Source: a virus
Strand: one strand, 5' to 3'
UHGV virus genome: UHGV-0048026
Length of the DNA: 44,553 nt
Within the stretch, counting starts at the first letter, position 1. Each line of letters opens with the position of its first letter. Shown one piece after another: positions 1 through 10,346 of the stretch. The translations under genes and the position numbers were made by a program. The notes under the pieces are model-generated. The model searched no databases, was not told where the DNA came from, and saw only the letters and a program-made list of their open reading frames with translations.

Positions 1-49
1 AACCGCAGCACGTCCTGCATACGTCGTGTCTGCGGCTTTTCTTTTTCGC

Positions 50-634
50 TTACATTGTGTCTGGTTCTTCCGGCCACTCAATATCAGGTGCAGTTGATGT
101 ATCAACACGGTTCAGCAACACCCGATACTTCTTCCAGGCTTCCAGCAATGAGGTCTCTTCCTCCGTTGCGATTTCCAGATCTACAGCATCCTGAAGTGGC
201 GCAATGTGCTCACTGGCTACCTGCATCAGGCTGTTTTTTGTTTCTTCCGCCTCCCGGATCCGGAACAGTTTTTCTGCTTCTGCATCTTTCACCCAGGCTG
301 TGCCGTTCCACTTCTGAAACTCCCCTTCCGGGGATAACCAGGTAACATTTTCCGGTAACGGACCGAGTTCAGAAATAAATAACGCGTCGCCGGAAGCCAC
401 ATCATAAACCGTTTTACCCCGATGATCTTCAACGAGATGCCACGATGACTCATCACTGTTGAAAACGGCCACAAAGCCAGCAGGAATATCTGGCGGTGCA
501 ATATCGGTACTGTTTGCTGGCAGACCTGTATGAGGCGGAACATATGCATTACCTTCACCAATAAATTCATTAGTTCCGGCCAGCAGATTATAAATTTTTA
601 TGGTCCGTGGTTGTTCACTCATTCTGAATGCCAT
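50..634 (-). CDS. tfa: tail fiber assembly protein Tfa
   Basis: 194-aa ORF; sequence ([24 protein letters not shown]...) matches lambda Tfa as recalled; directly downstream of stf. Confidence 0.85.
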   Translation of the reverse strand: MAFRMSEQPRTIKIYNLLAGTNEFIGEGNAYVPPHTGLPANSTDIAPPDIPAGFVAVFNSDESSWHLVEDHRGKTVYDVASGDALFISELGPLPENVTWLSPEGEFQKWNGTAWVKDAEAEKLFRIREAEETKNSLMQVASEHIAPLQDAVDLEIATEEETSLLEAWKKYRVLLNRVDTSTAPDIEWPEEPDTM

Positions 635-3600
635 TATGCAAGCCTCACAATATAGTTAAATGCGATGTTTTTGACGGTGTTTTCCGCGTTACCAGCAGCG
701 TTAACGGTGATGGTGTGTCCATGTGAGCCAATCGCAACGGAGTGCGTATGAGCACCAATACCGACAGTATGTGCATGTGCGCCTGCGCTTGCAGCAGTGC
801 CGGACAGCGAGTGGGTATGAGCACCATCTGATGATGTCTTCCCTGCATTACGAGTCTGGCCACTACCGCTTGTTGTGCTCATAATCCCCGCGCTTAGATT
901 TGAAATCGCGGTATAACCATTAGGGAAAATGCTCGTGTTCGTGCCACCAAATGCACCGGAACTCTTGTGTTGGTGCGCACCGGCACTATTTGCAGTCCCG
1001 CTAACACTATGGGTATGCGCCCCAGTGTTATTCGTGGATTTAGTGCCGTAATCAAACGACGATGTGGTTTTCGTACCCAAATCCGTACTGGATGCGCTGG
1101 CGCTGTGGGTGTGCGATTTAATGCCGTCCTGTTCCTGAGACAATACGGCCCGACCACTGGCAGGTTTGCCCTTAATCGTCCAGCCACGCATATCAGGGAT
1201 CACGCCTGACGGATAAGCGGCTGCAAGTTTCGGGTATGCAGATTTGTCAAAAGTCTGCCCCTGCATCAGGACATAACCAGACGGAACGGTATCTGATGGC
1301 CACGGGATTGGTGCACCGACTGGATAAAACTCTGCAGGAGGATGAGCCGAGGTGTAAAGCTGCGCCCACGGCGACCAGTTTGCGTCGGTCGTATCCCGTC
1401 GTGAACGAATAAATGCCGGAGCATGAGCACCGCTTGTACCACTCCAGCCGATGAGTAACTCACCTTCGCCAACGGCTGTCATCCCTTTCAGGTGAATGAT
1501 ATTTCCATACGTTGTTGGATATCCGTTGTTATACACCTCGTATAACTCAAGACCTGCTGCCCCCTGCGTATTGTCTGTCAGCGCGGCTACCCGACCTTTT
1601 GAAGCCAGATTAACTGATGATACTGCTGTTCCACCTGACGGTAGCGCCCCGATCTCTGATGCCGTTGGCTTATTTCTGGAGTTATAGTCCCTTCGCCAGC
1701 CAGGTGAATAATCTGTTCCGTGATTAATATAGGTAAACTGGGCGTTGGTTGTTCCGCCACCGCTGGATGTGGTCGGAGTGGTAATGCGGATCGTCATCGC
1801 TGACTTTATCCCCATTACTTCAATGACAGCTCCGGCGAGATGAATATTACCGCAGCCAGTATCAGTAATGATTTTATTATTGCCATAAGACCAGGAACCC
1901 TTGCACATCCAGTATGGATGGTTAAATGCTCCCTGAGAATCCAGCCACTCGATAAACTGTGCAGTCGTCCAGTTTCCTGTTGTTGTGCTTACTGACCCAC
2001 CGAAGGCACGGCAGGCACCAATATTTTTCGTAAAGGTGTCTTTGCCAGGGATATCCGCACCGTTCTGATCTTTCTGCAGACGTTTCTCAGCATTGTCATT
2101 GGCTGCTTTTACTGCCTTTGGCGTTGCCGCCAGCGTTTCAGACGTGCTGTTGGTCGCGCTGCTTAGCTGGATTATCCCTTTCTGTGCTGTCGTTGCATCC
2201 TGTGCGGTGTATTTCCCGCTAGCCAGGTCATACGCGGCCTTAACGGCTTTTGGTGTTGCCGCCAGTGACTCGGAAGTGCTGTTAGTCGCACTACTGAGCT
2301 GTACTATCCCCTTTTTCGTCGTGCTCGCATCCTCAAGCGCCACGGCGGATGCAATATCCTCTGCCCGTTTTGCCGCTGTCTCAGCGCGCGTTGCTGCAGA
2401 TTCCGCCGTACTTTTGCTCTGAGCTGCTGCCTTCGCACTACCAGCAGCCTCTGTCGCCTTCGTGGATGCCGTCGTGGCGCTGCCCTTCGCTGCTGACGCC
2501 TGTCTGGTCGCCTCATCTTTTGAAGCAGACGCCGATGATGCCGATGACGCCGCCGAACTGGCGGACGATGCCGCTGCCGTTTTTGAGGATTCTGCACGGG
2601 TTTCCGACGCTTTCGCGTTCGTTTCGGATGTCTTCGCTGCGGAAGCTGACCTCGCTGCTGCCGTGGCCTGCTCAGTGGCTTCGCCAGCCTTCGTTGTGGC
2701 TGTTGAAGCGGATGATGCGGCGCTTTCTGCCGATTTTCCGGCGGCGGTGGCACTGGCTGAGGCCTGCCCGGCACTTGTTGACGCGGCACTGGCAGACGAC
2801 GCAGCCGCTGTTTTTGAGCCTGCCGCAGCTGAGGCGCTCTGTCCCGCTGCCGTCTCAGAAGACCTGGCGTTCGTCTCGGACGTTTTTGCCGCCTTCGCGG
2901 AATTTCCTGCCGCCGTTGCCGAGGAAGCTGCGCTACTGGCGCTCAAGGATGCGTTCGTTTCTGATGATTTCGCTGCCTCTTTTGAGGCCGCCGCATCCCG
3001 GGCTGAGGTGGCAGCTTCTGACGCTTTCGTGGTCGCGGTGGATGCAGAAGTGGCGGCTGATTGTTCTGACGCTGCGGCATTCGTTTCTGACGTTTTCGCC
3101 GCACCGGCACTGGTAGCTGCCACGCTTTTTGAGGACTCTGCAGCGGCAGCACTTTTTGAGGCTTCAGTGGCCTTTGTTGATGCCGTTCCTGCGCTGGAAG
3201 ACGCTGACTGAGCCGACGAAGCGGCCTGTCCGGCTGACGTGCTGGCTGCACGTGCTGAATCTGCAGCATCAGTCGCATGGGTTGCCGCCTCACGGGCTGA
3301 TGTGCTGGCATCGCTGGCTGACTTCTTCGCGGCTGCCGTGTTCTGTGCCACCGCGGACGCGTTACGCGCCACCTCTTCCACCATCAGTTCAAAACGGCGC
3401 AGTGCCTCAGGACGGGCATCATCCTCCGTCATGGCACCGAGAAAATCATTCAGCGTACCGGGTCGGGAATCTTCATACACGGTGATGGTCCCGGCATGTG
3501 ACGGCGGGAATCCCTCCACCAACAGAATAACGCTGTACTGCCCGTACTCAACGTCCATGCTGTAACGCCCGGCTTCATCCGGATTTTCTGAGGCCAGCGT

Positions 3601-3708
3601 GTTCACCACCACCGTGGTGCTGTTACGTTTTGCTTTCAGCTGGATTGTGCAGTTCTGTACCGGTTTTCCTGTGCCGTCTTTCAGTACACCTGAAATCTTT
3701 ACTGCCAT
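634..3708 (-). CDS. stf: side tail fiber protein Stf, long form with Ala/Ser/Thr-rich repeat region and His-rich distal tip
   Basis: ORF 634..3714 (1026 aa); lambda Stf-like N-terminus [20 protein letters not shown] (start taken at in-frame ATG 3708); C-terminal AHTHS/AHxH repeats resembling T4 gp37-type tips. Confidence 0.85.
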   Translation of the reverse strand: MAVKISGVLKDGTGKPVQNCTIQLKAKRNSTTVVVNTLASENPDEAGRYSMDVEYGQYSVILLVEGFPPSHAGTITVYEDSRPGTLNDFLGAMTEDDARPEALRRFELMVEEVARNASAVAQNTAAAKKSASDASTSAREAATHATDAADSARAASTSAGQAASSAQSASSSAGTASTKATEASKSAAAAESSKSVAATSAGAAKTSETNAAASEQSAATSASTATTKASEAATSARDAAASKEAAKSSETNASLSASSAASSATAAGNSAKAAKTSETNARSSETAAGQSASAAAGSKTAAASSASAASTSAGQASASATAAGKSAESAASSASTATTKAGEATEQATAAARSASAAKTSETNAKASETRAESSKTAAASSASSAASSASSASASKDEATRQASAAKGSATTASTKATEAAGSAKAAAQSKSTAESAATRAETAAKRAEDIASAVALEDASTTKKGIVQLSSATNSTSESLAATPKAVKAAYDLASGKYTAQDATTAQKGIIQLSSATNSTSETLAATPKAVKAANDNAEKRLQKDQNGADIPGKDTFTKNIGACRAFGGSVSTTTGNWTTAQFIEWLDSQGAFNHPYWMCKGSWSYGNNKIITDTGCGNIHLAGAVIEVMGIKSAMTIRITTPTTSSGGGTTNAQFTYINHGTDYSPGWRRDYNSRNKPTASEIGALPSGGTAVSSVNLASKGRVAALTDNTQGAAGLELYEVYNNGYPTTYGNIIHLKGMTAVGEGELLIGWSGTSGAHAPAFIRSRRDTTDANWSPWAQLYTSAHPPAEFYPVGAPIPWPSDTVPSGYVLMQGQTFDKSAYPKLAAAYPSGVIPDMRGWTIKGKPASGRAVLSQEQDGIKSHTHSASASSTDLGTKTTSSFDYGTKSTNNTGAHTHSVSGTANSAGAHQHKSSGAFGGTNTSIFPNGYTAISNLSAGIMSTTSGSGQTRNAGKTSSDGAHTHSLSGTAASAGAHAHTVGIGAHTHSVAIGSHGHTITVNAAGNAENTVKNIAFNYIVRLA

Positions 3709-3718
3709 ATTCACCCCA

Positions 3719-3746
3719 CAAAAAAGCCCGCCTGAACCGGCGGGCT
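3719..3746 (-). terminator. putative intrinsic terminator between lom and stf
   Basis: inverted repeat agcccgcc/ggcgggct (3725-3732 / 3739-3746) with 6-nt loop, followed on the minus strand by a U-run (plus-strand A-run 3720-3724). Confidence 0.5.
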
Positions 3747-3772
3747 GTCATAACACTGTGTTACCTGGCTAA

Positions 3773-4372
3773 TCAGAATTTATAACCGACACCCACGATG
3801 AAACCGTCAGTGCGCCAGTCACCACTGCCGGAGCCTTCATAAGCAATATCAATGGCCACGGATTCGGTCGGGTTAAACTGCACGCCAGCCCCCCACGCCA
3901 GAGACGTGTTGCTGTGGCGACCGTCATCACTTCCGGTCAGCACATCGTGCTTTTTCCCCTTGTTGTCAGTTACGCGAAGATAATCCCCGGAGAAAGTCGA
4001 CACACGGCTGTAAGCTACACCCGCCATCGCATACGCGCTGAACCATTCATTCACGCGCACAGACGGCCCCGCCATTACGCTGAACCAGCGGTTACGAACG
4101 GAATCTTCATGCCAGCGGGTATCGCTGTAACGGGTCAGCTGGCGATTCTTGTCTCCTGCATAGCTGAATGACGTCACCAGCCCCAGTGTGTCCGTAAACT
4201 CATAACGGTATTTCACGTTAATCCCGTTCAGATCATCGCTGCCGGGGACGTTCGTCGAGGCATGAAGATACCCCGCGCTCAGCGTGGACTGATGTTCAGA
4301 CGCCCATGCAGGCGCACCGGATACGGCCAGACAAATGGCTGCGGACAAAATTGCTGCACAAACTTTACGCAT
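3773..4372 (-). CDS. lom: Lom outer membrane protein (Ail/Lom family), moron
   Basis: 199-aa ORF with signal peptide (MRKVCAAILSAAICLAVSGAPAWA) and beta-barrel-like C-terminus ending GYKF; lambda position between J and stf. Confidence 0.9.
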   Translation of the reverse strand: MRKVCAAILSAAICLAVSGAPAWASEHQSTLSAGYLHASTNVPGSDDLNGINVKYRYEFTDTLGLVTSFSYAGDKNRQLTRYSDTRWHEDSVRNRWFSVMAGPSVRVNEWFSAYAMAGVAYSRVSTFSGDYLRVTDNKGKKHDVLTGSDDGRHSNTSLAWGAGVQFNPTESVAIDIAYEGSGSGDWRTDGFIVGVGYKF

Positions 4373-4393
4373 AATTACCTCTCGCTTTTCTGC

Positions 4394-4420
4394 AATAAAA
4401 AAGGCGTCATTCCTGACGCC
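4394..4420 (-). terminator. putative intrinsic terminator between J and lom
   Basis: stem ggcgtca/tgacgcc (4403-4409 / 4414-4420) with loop ttcc, followed on the minus strand by UUUUUUAUU (plus 4392-4400). Confidence 0.55.
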
Positions 4421-4442
4421 CTTTATTGGGGTTATAAATATT

Positions 4443-7400
4443 TCAACGAATACTGATGCCGGAAGCGGCTTTTTTGGTCACAATCACCGTACAGTCGGTG
4501 ATATTGCCTGCCCCCTGATTGCCTTTCTGGAAAATCTTAAACTCCAGAGTGACGCTTCCCCTGCCACTCGGCATATCAATAACTGCACTGTAACTACCGG
4601 GAATGGCCCCTTTAGTTTCTCTGGATGCGATTAATACGCCGTTTTTGCGAACTTCAAAACCATAACCCGTGTATCGCGTGCCTCCTGGGTTATTTCCGCT
4701 CCCCGGATCGTCATACGCTATACCGTTAAAAATAATGGGCGGAATAATAATCTGGCGGTCAAAGTTATGATCATCGCTGATGGTGACTGTAACCGTACCG
4801 TTTGGTGTTTCCGTGTTACCCCACGTACCGACTTTTTTCGGGAAGGCTTTTGATACAGCTTTAACGAAATCTCCTCTGACCTGGGTCGCCTCCAGCATGC
4901 CCTTAATCGTACAGTTCTGGTTAATCGTGACATTGTTGAGCGTTCCTGAGTTCGCATTCACACTGCCACTGATATCCGCATTTTTCGCCGTCAGTCTCCC
5001 GTCTGATGTCAGGGAAAATGCCGGAGGATTACCGCCGCTGGTAATGGTGGGGGCCGTCAGGCGTTTCAGGAACACTTCATTCATGAATATCTGATCGCCC
5101 TGACCAACAAACATCGGCTTTGTGTTGCCATTCGCAGGATTAATCATCGCAATCCTGTCTGCTGCCAGCAGCACCTGACTCTGCATGCCGTCAGGGGTGT
5201 TCTCAATACCGGCACCGATACCCGCAATATAAAGGCGTCCGTCCTGCATCTGCTGCAGCTTCACTGCCCACATGCTGTTCAGGTTATTATTTGTATCAAC
5301 CTGAACCTTCTGTATCTGCTGGATCGCTGCACTCTGGTCTTCCAGTTTCTTATTGACGGTCTGTGTTATTTCATTGCTGACATCCGTTATGGACGTCCTG
5401 ATTTCAGTCAGGTCAGGCGCAAGCTGACCGTTATCAATCTGCGTCCACAGCTCCTGAGCCAGATGGGTTTTCCCTATCTCGCCTTTGAAAAAATCCAGAT
5501 AGCCTGATGCATCATCACTCGGCTGACCGACAGCCTCCACGAATACCGATTTGCCAACGGTGTTCACACTGCGAACGTAAAAATAATAATCATGGCCCGG
5601 TTTGATATTGATACTGGCGGCTATCCAGTACAGTGCCGTACCAAGATAACGCGCGCTGGTTTCAACCTGCCTGATATCCGCAATCCGTTTTTCCGAGAAC
5701 CAGAACTCAAACTGTACCGTCGGGTCATAAACCGCAAGATGCGGCGTGGCGGTTATCTGAAAATAGCCCGGTGTCAGCTCAATCCGAGACGGCGCTGCCG
5801 GTGCGGCAATCCGGAACGATACCGATGCCGGATCGCCCTGCTGTCCCCACGCATTTACCGCCCGGACTGTCAGCCTGTAGTTCCCCAACGCCAGTTGTGT
5901 GAAGCGGTATGTGGTTTCCGTCGTCCGGACCGTGCTGACCAGCCGCTCACTGCCGTCATCCGCTGTTACGGTCAGACGGAGCAGGAAGCTCACGCCCTTC
6001 ACCACCTTCGGCGTGTCCCAGCGGGCCAGTACCTGATACTCCCCGCAGTCTGCAGTGACTTCGGCGGTCAGATGCTGCACTGCTGGCGGCGTGACACCAT
6101 TCACCGTGCCGCTCTGGTCACCGTCAAAGTGCGCCCCGTTATCCACGATGGCCTCTTTCTCCGGCACATGCTGCACGGCAGTGATGGCATACGTGCCGTC
6201 GTCGTTCTCACGGATACTCACGCAGCGGAACAGGCGCTGGCGCAGCGTCGGCAGCTTAAGCCCCCACACGCTGTATTCAGCAACACCGTCAGGAACCCGG
6301 CTCACTTTTACCTTCACGCCGTCGGTGACGGACTGGACCTCCACGCTGACCGGATTGCCACTTCCGTCAACCAGGCTTATCAGCGTAGTACCGGAGGATG
6401 GCAGCGTGATTTCACGGTCGAGCGTCAGCGTCCGGGTCTGGCTGTTCACCGCCAGCACGCGCCCGCCGATGCTGATACCGGCATAGTCATCATCGCAGAT
6501 TTCAATGACATCGCCCGGTACATGGCGAAGCCCTTCGGCACCCACGCTGAAGTCCACGGTCTGCGTTTCCAGCAGTTCTGTTTTAATCAGCCACAGCCCG
6601 GCGCGATGTGCCTGCCCCCGGCTGGTACAGCCAAAAGCATCCATCTTCGTGACGTTACGACCATAACGGGCAATGGCCTGCGTATCTTCAACAAGCTCTG
6701 TCGCCGTCTCCCAGCCGTTGTTCGGGTCAATCCAGTTCACCTCAACGGCATTATGGCGGTCCTTCAGGGCGCTGAAGCTGTAGCGGAACGGCGCGCCATT
6801 ATCCGGCATCACCACATTACTGCGGTTATAGGTCCACACCTTATCTGATGGTCGGTCCTGCACGAACGTCAGCGTCTGCCCGTTCCATACCGGCATACAG
6901 CGCATCGCCGAGCAGAAATCACTGAGCACATCCCACGCCTTGCGCTGTGTGGTCAGGTACGCATTACAGGTGATGCGCGGCTCCGTGCCGCCAAAGCCGT
7001 CCGGCACTGACTGGTCGCAGTACTGGCCGATGACATACAGCACCCATTTGTCCACATCCGCCGCACCAAGACGTTTCCCCATGCCGTAGCGTGGATGGGT
7101 CAGCATATCCCACAGACACCAGGCCATGTTATTGCTGTATGCTGGCTTAAACGTTCCGTCCCAGATACCGCTGTATTGCCGCGTCTGCGGGTTATAGTTC
7201 GACGGCACCTGCAGAATACGCCCGCGCAGATGATAATTACGGCTCACCTGCTGGCTGCCGAACTGCTCCGAATCCACCTGTACGCCGACCAGTGCCGTGT
7301 TCGGGTAGCACTGTTTCACATCGATGATTTCGGTGTATGACGACCAGAGCGTTTTGTTCTGCAGCTGGTCTGTGGTGCTGTCCGGCGTCATCCTGCGCAT

Positions 7401-7940
7401 CCGTATACTGAACGGGCGCGGCGGCAGGTTACCCACCACCACCGAGGCCAGATACTGCGAGGTGGTTTTGCCCTTAATGGTGATGTCTTTTTCCGTCACC
7501 CAGCCACCATTACGCTGGATCTGAACCAGCAGGCGGACTTCCGACGGATTCCGGTCCCCCTTTGAGGTGGTTTCCACCAGTGCCTGCACGCCGAAGGTAA
7601 AGCGCAGACGGTCGATGTTTGCAGACGTAATGGTGCGGGTGATCGGCGTGTCATATTTCACTTCCGTACCCAGCGCCGTCTCGGAGCCGGAGGATTCAAA
7701 CCCCTCCGGCGGTGTCTGCTCCTGCTCACCGGCACGGAACACCACCGTGACACCGGAGATGTTGGTATTCCCCTCAGTGTCCAGCACCGGCGTACTGTTC
7801 AGCAGCACGCTTTTTAATCCATCCACCGGACCTTCAACCGGCCCTTCGCTGATGGCATCGATCACACTCAGCAGCTGCGTGGACTTCAGGTTGTCCTTCG
7901 CTTCGCGCGGGGTATGCCCCTTACTGCTGCCTTTACCCAT
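4443..7940 (-). CDS. J: tail tip / host specificity protein J
   Basis: 1165-aa ORF; N-terminal and central regions lambda J-like as recalled ([26 protein letters not shown]...); C-terminal about 200 aa appear different from lambda J (1132 aa). Confidence 0.9.
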   Translation of the reverse strand: MGKGSSKGHTPREAKDNLKSTQLLSVIDAISEGPVEGPVDGLKSVLLNSTPVLDTEGNTNISGVTVVFRAGEQEQTPPEGFESSGSETALGTEVKYDTPITRTITSANIDRLRFTFGVQALVETTSKGDRNPSEVRLLVQIQRNGGWVTEKDITIKGKTTSQYLASVVVGNLPPRPFSIRMRRMTPDSTTDQLQNKTLWSSYTEIIDVKQCYPNTALVGVQVDSEQFGSQQVSRNYHLRGRILQVPSNYNPQTRQYSGIWDGTFKPAYSNNMAWCLWDMLTHPRYGMGKRLGAADVDKWVLYVIGQYCDQSVPDGFGGTEPRITCNAYLTTQRKAWDVLSDFCSAMRCMPVWNGQTLTFVQDRPSDKVWTYNRSNVVMPDNGAPFRYSFSALKDRHNAVEVNWIDPNNGWETATELVEDTQAIARYGRNVTKMDAFGCTSRGQAHRAGLWLIKTELLETQTVDFSVGAEGLRHVPGDVIEICDDDYAGISIGGRVLAVNSQTRTLTLDREITLPSSGTTLISLVDGSGNPVSVEVQSVTDGVKVKVSRVPDGVAEYSVWGLKLPTLRQRLFRCVSIRENDDGTYAITAVQHVPEKEAIVDNGAHFDGDQSGTVNGVTPPAVQHLTAEVTADCGEYQVLARWDTPKVVKGVSFLLRLTVTADDGSERLVSTVRTTETTYRFTQLALGNYRLTVRAVNAWGQQGDPASVSFRIAAPAAPSRIELTPGYFQITATPHLAVYDPTVQFEFWFSEKRIADIRQVETSARYLGTALYWIAASINIKPGHDYYFYVRSVNTVGKSVFVEAVGQPSDDASGYLDFFKGEIGKTHLAQELWTQIDNGQLAPDLTEIRTSITDVSNEITQTVNKKLEDQSAAIQQIQKVQVDTNNNLNSMWAVKLQQMQDGRLYIAGIGAGIENTPDGMQSQVLLAADRIAMINPANGNTKPMFVGQGDQIFMNEVFLKRLTAPTITSGGNPPAFSLTSDGRLTAKNADISGSVNANSGTLNNVTINQNCTIKGMLEATQVRGDFVKAVSKAFPKKVGTWGNTETPNGTVTVTISDDHNFDRQIIIPPIIFNGIAYDDPGSGNNPGGTRYTGYGFEVRKNGVLIASRETKGAIPGSYSAVIDMPSGRGSVTLEFKIFQKGNQGAGNITDCTVIVTKKAASGISIR

Positions 7941-8000
7941 TCCTCACGCTCCATAAATGACAAAACCGCCCGCAGGCGGTTTCACATAAAACATTTTGCA

Positions 8001-8672
8001 TCAGCGACCAATCACCACAACCTGACCACCGTCCCCTTCGTCTGCCGTGCTGATCTCCTGAGAAACCACGCGTGACCCCACGCGCATTTCCCCGTACAGA
8101 ACAGGCAGAACATTGCCCTGGGCAACCATGTTATCCAGTGAGGAGAAATAGGTGTTCTGCTTACCGTTATCCGTTGTCTGTGTACGGGGAGTTCTGGCTT
8201 TCGGTGCCAGCATCTGCGCCACACCACCGAGCACCATACTGGCACCGAGAGAAAACAGGATGCCGGTCATACCACCGGCCCCAATGGCTGCCCCCCATGC
8301 TGCAAGGGTGGCTCCGGCGGTAAAGAATGATCCGGCAATGGCGGCAGCCCCCAGGACAATCTGGAATACGCCACCTGACTTGGCCCCGGCGACTCTGGGA
8401 ACAATATGAATCACAGCGCCATCAGGCAGAGTCTCATGTAACTGCGCCGTTAACCCGGACGTGCTGACGTCCCGCCCGGCAATCCGTACCTGATACCAGC
8501 CGTCGCTCAGTTTCTGACGAAACGCCGGGAGCTGTGTGGCCAGTGCCCGGATGGCTTCAGCCCCCGTTTTCACACGAAGGTCGATGCGGCGACCAAATCG
8601 TTGTAAATCCCCGTAAAGGCAGATGCGCGCCATGCCCGGTGACGCCAGAGGGAGTGTGTGCGTCGCTGCCAT
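8001..8672 (-). CDS. I: tail assembly protein I
   Basis: 223-aa ORF, lambda gpI-like, overlaps K 3' end by 103 nt as in lambda. Confidence 0.9.
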   Translation of the reverse strand: MAATHTLPLASPGMARICLYGDLQRFGRRIDLRVKTGAEAIRALATQLPAFRQKLSDGWYQVRIAGRDVSTSGLTAQLHETLPDGAVIHIVPRVAGAKSGGVFQIVLGAAAIAGSFFTAGATLAAWGAAIGAGGMTGILFSLGASMVLGGVAQMLAPKARTPRTQTTDNGKQNTYFSSLDNMVAQGNVLPVLYGEMRVGSRVVSQEISTADEGDGGQVVVIGR

Positions 8673-9322
8673 TTGTCGGTGTACCTCTCTCGTTTGCTCA
8701 GTTGTTCAGGAATATGGTGCAGCAGCTCGCCGTCGCCGCAGTAAATTGCGGCGTGATTCGGCACTGATGAACCAAAACAGCACAGCAGCACATCGCCCGG
8801 CTGTGCCGCTGACAACGGCACCTGATACAGCCCTGTGGCCTCCAGATTATCCAGATAGAGATTCTGGCCGTTACGCCACCAGTCATCCTCACGATGAAAG
8901 TCCGGCATCTCAATCCCCGCCAGATGATAAGCATCCCGGAACAGTGTGTAACAGTCCGTCACACCGTGCTCAAAGCGCCGCCCGGTGAGATACGGCACAC
9001 AGCGGAACTTATGAATCGTCCCCCGGCAGACCAGCCACCACGGCAAATCACTCTGCACCTGCAGCCGCCGGTCGGCCTCACTCAGCCAGGGCAGACCACC
9101 GGGGTGGCTGTGGACCAGCGCCACAATCTCACCCTGCATTTCTGCCTGCAGCCAGTCTTCCGGCGACATACGGAAATACGCCTCCGGCTCACCGGAGATA
9201 TTCACGCAGGGAAAATATCTTTCCCCCTCCGGTGTTCTCACCACGAAGCCGCACGACTCTGCTGGCGCACATCGCCGGGCGTGCGCCAGAATCGCTGATT
9301 CTGTCTCTGTCATGGGATTCAC
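8570..9322 (-). CDS. K: tail assembly protein K (MPN/NlpC-P60-like)
   Basis: 250-aa ORF starting 4 nt after L stop; lambda gpK-like sequence (MTETESAILAHARRCAPAESCGFVV...); lambda annotation uses a shorter internal start. Confidence 0.85.
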   Translation of the reverse strand: MNPMTETESAILAHARRCAPAESCGFVVRTPEGERYFPCVNISGEPEAYFRMSPEDWLQAEMQGEIVALVHSHPGGLPWLSEADRRLQVQSDLPWWLVCRGTIHKFRCVPYLTGRRFEHGVTDCYTLFRDAYHLAGIEMPDFHREDDWWRNGQNLYLDNLEATGLYQVPLSAAQPGDVLLCCFGSSVPNHAAIYCGDGELLHHIPEQLSKRERYTDKWQRRTHSLWRHRAWRASAFTGIYNDLVAASTFV

Positions 9323-10017
9323 TGCGAAAGTTTGTTAATGGAAAGGAAGCCGCCAAAGTTGCCGACGTTATTGCGAAACTTACAGCCGCTCAGGCATTTG
9401 CTGCATTTATCCTTCGTGATATCGGACGTTGGCTGGTCATATTCATCCGCGACAGCCGGACCGCTATAACCGCACTCGTCACCGCGATAGGTCCAGGTGC
9501 AGGTGTTGGCCAGCATGATACGTCCCGGAAAAACAGCGCCATCCGTTTCCGTCGGCGTGGACAGTACAAAGGAGGCACTCACCGCGCTCAGTTCGCTGCA
9601 CTGCTCAATGCGCCAGCGGCTGATCACCTCCTGCTCCGGATCGGCGTCACTGTTTCCGTTGACGAAGTTCACCGCATCCAGAAAACGGGCGTAAACCTTA
9701 CGCCGGACCACCGTTCCGCCGACCAGACTCTGTAGATCTTCCGCCATCCCGGTGACCATACCGTACAGGTTAGAAACCATCAGCGTGGGGCGCGTACTGG
9801 TGCCTTTGCCATTCAGTTCAAAACCACTCCCCTGAATGGGATACGGCTGATACTGTCGCCCCTGCCAGGTGACCGGCTCACCTTTTTCGTTCTGCTCATT
9901 ACAGAAAAAATAACGTTCTCCACCGACCTCTGTCAGATCGATTTCCCAGAGCACCACGCTGGCCGACTGCTCCGCACGGGTGCATTCATTCAGTGTTTCC
10001 TGCCGGATATCCTGCAT
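9319..10017 (-). CDS. L: minor tail protein L
   Basis: 232-aa ORF, lambda gpL-like, synteny M-L-K. Confidence 0.9.
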   Translation of the reverse strand: MQDIRQETLNECTRAEQSASVVLWEIDLTEVGGERYFFCNEQNEKGEPVTWQGRQYQPYPIQGSGFELNGKGTSTRPTLMVSNLYGMVTGMAEDLQSLVGGTVVRRKVYARFLDAVNFVNGNSDADPEQEVISRWRIEQCSELSAVSASFVLSTPTETDGAVFPGRIMLANTCTWTYRGDECGYSGPAVADEYDQPTSDITKDKCSKCLSGCKFRNNVGNFGGFLSINKLSQ

Positions 10018-10346
10018 CAGTTCACCACCTGTTCAAACTCTGCGCTGAACTCAACACGCAGCATACTGACCCGCGACGACCATTTTGCGCAGGTCACCTT
10101 TATCTGCCGCCACTCATAAGGCGGCGTCCACAGAAAGGCTTTCCAGCCCCCGTGCTCAGCCAGAAACGACTCCAGCGCCGTGGCCTCCCAACGGGGAACA
10201 GAAAGCGTCACGCTGTACGTTTTCAGGTCGGCATTCAGCCCGGCAGGCGCTCGCTGGGAATAGCCATCACCAAAGCGCACTTTCCTGACGGAAGGGGCCG
10301 AAGCCACATCCATACCGGGTTTCACTTTCCAGCGGAAGGTCTTCAT
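10017..10346 (-). CDS. M: minor tail protein M
   Basis: 109-aa ORF, lambda gpM-like. Confidence 0.9.
   Translation of the reverse strand: MKTFRWKVKPGMDVASAPSVRKVRFGDGYSQRAPAGLNADLKTYSVTLSVPRWEATALESFLAEHGGWKAFLWTPPYEWRQIKVTCAKWSSRVSMLRVEFSAEFEQVVN

Noticed and set aside
1-49. Search for attR core downstream of tfa, and for attL after int (44504..44553)
   Set aside because: No repeat shared between the two window edges and no lambda-type core recognisable in the few bases available; the prophage boundaries probably lie just outside the window
2093-3565. Plus- and minus-strand ORFs nested in stf (2093..2422, 2304..2789, 2349..3116, 2462..3211, 2943..3311, 3129..3485, 3239..3565)
   Set aside because: Generated by the GC-rich Ala/Ser/Thr repeat-coding region of stf; Arg/Pro/Ala-rich nonsense translations entirely inside a well-supported gene
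4262-4634. Plus-strand ORFs 4262..4456 and 4335..4634 spanning the J-lom junction
   Set aside because: Overlap the lom start, the intergenic terminator and the J 3' end on the opposite strand; no start context
5592-6848. 418-aa plus-strand ORF inside J
   Set aside because: Antisense to a lambda-like J gene, Arg/Cys-rich composition, no SD; typical shadow ORF in a GC-rich gene
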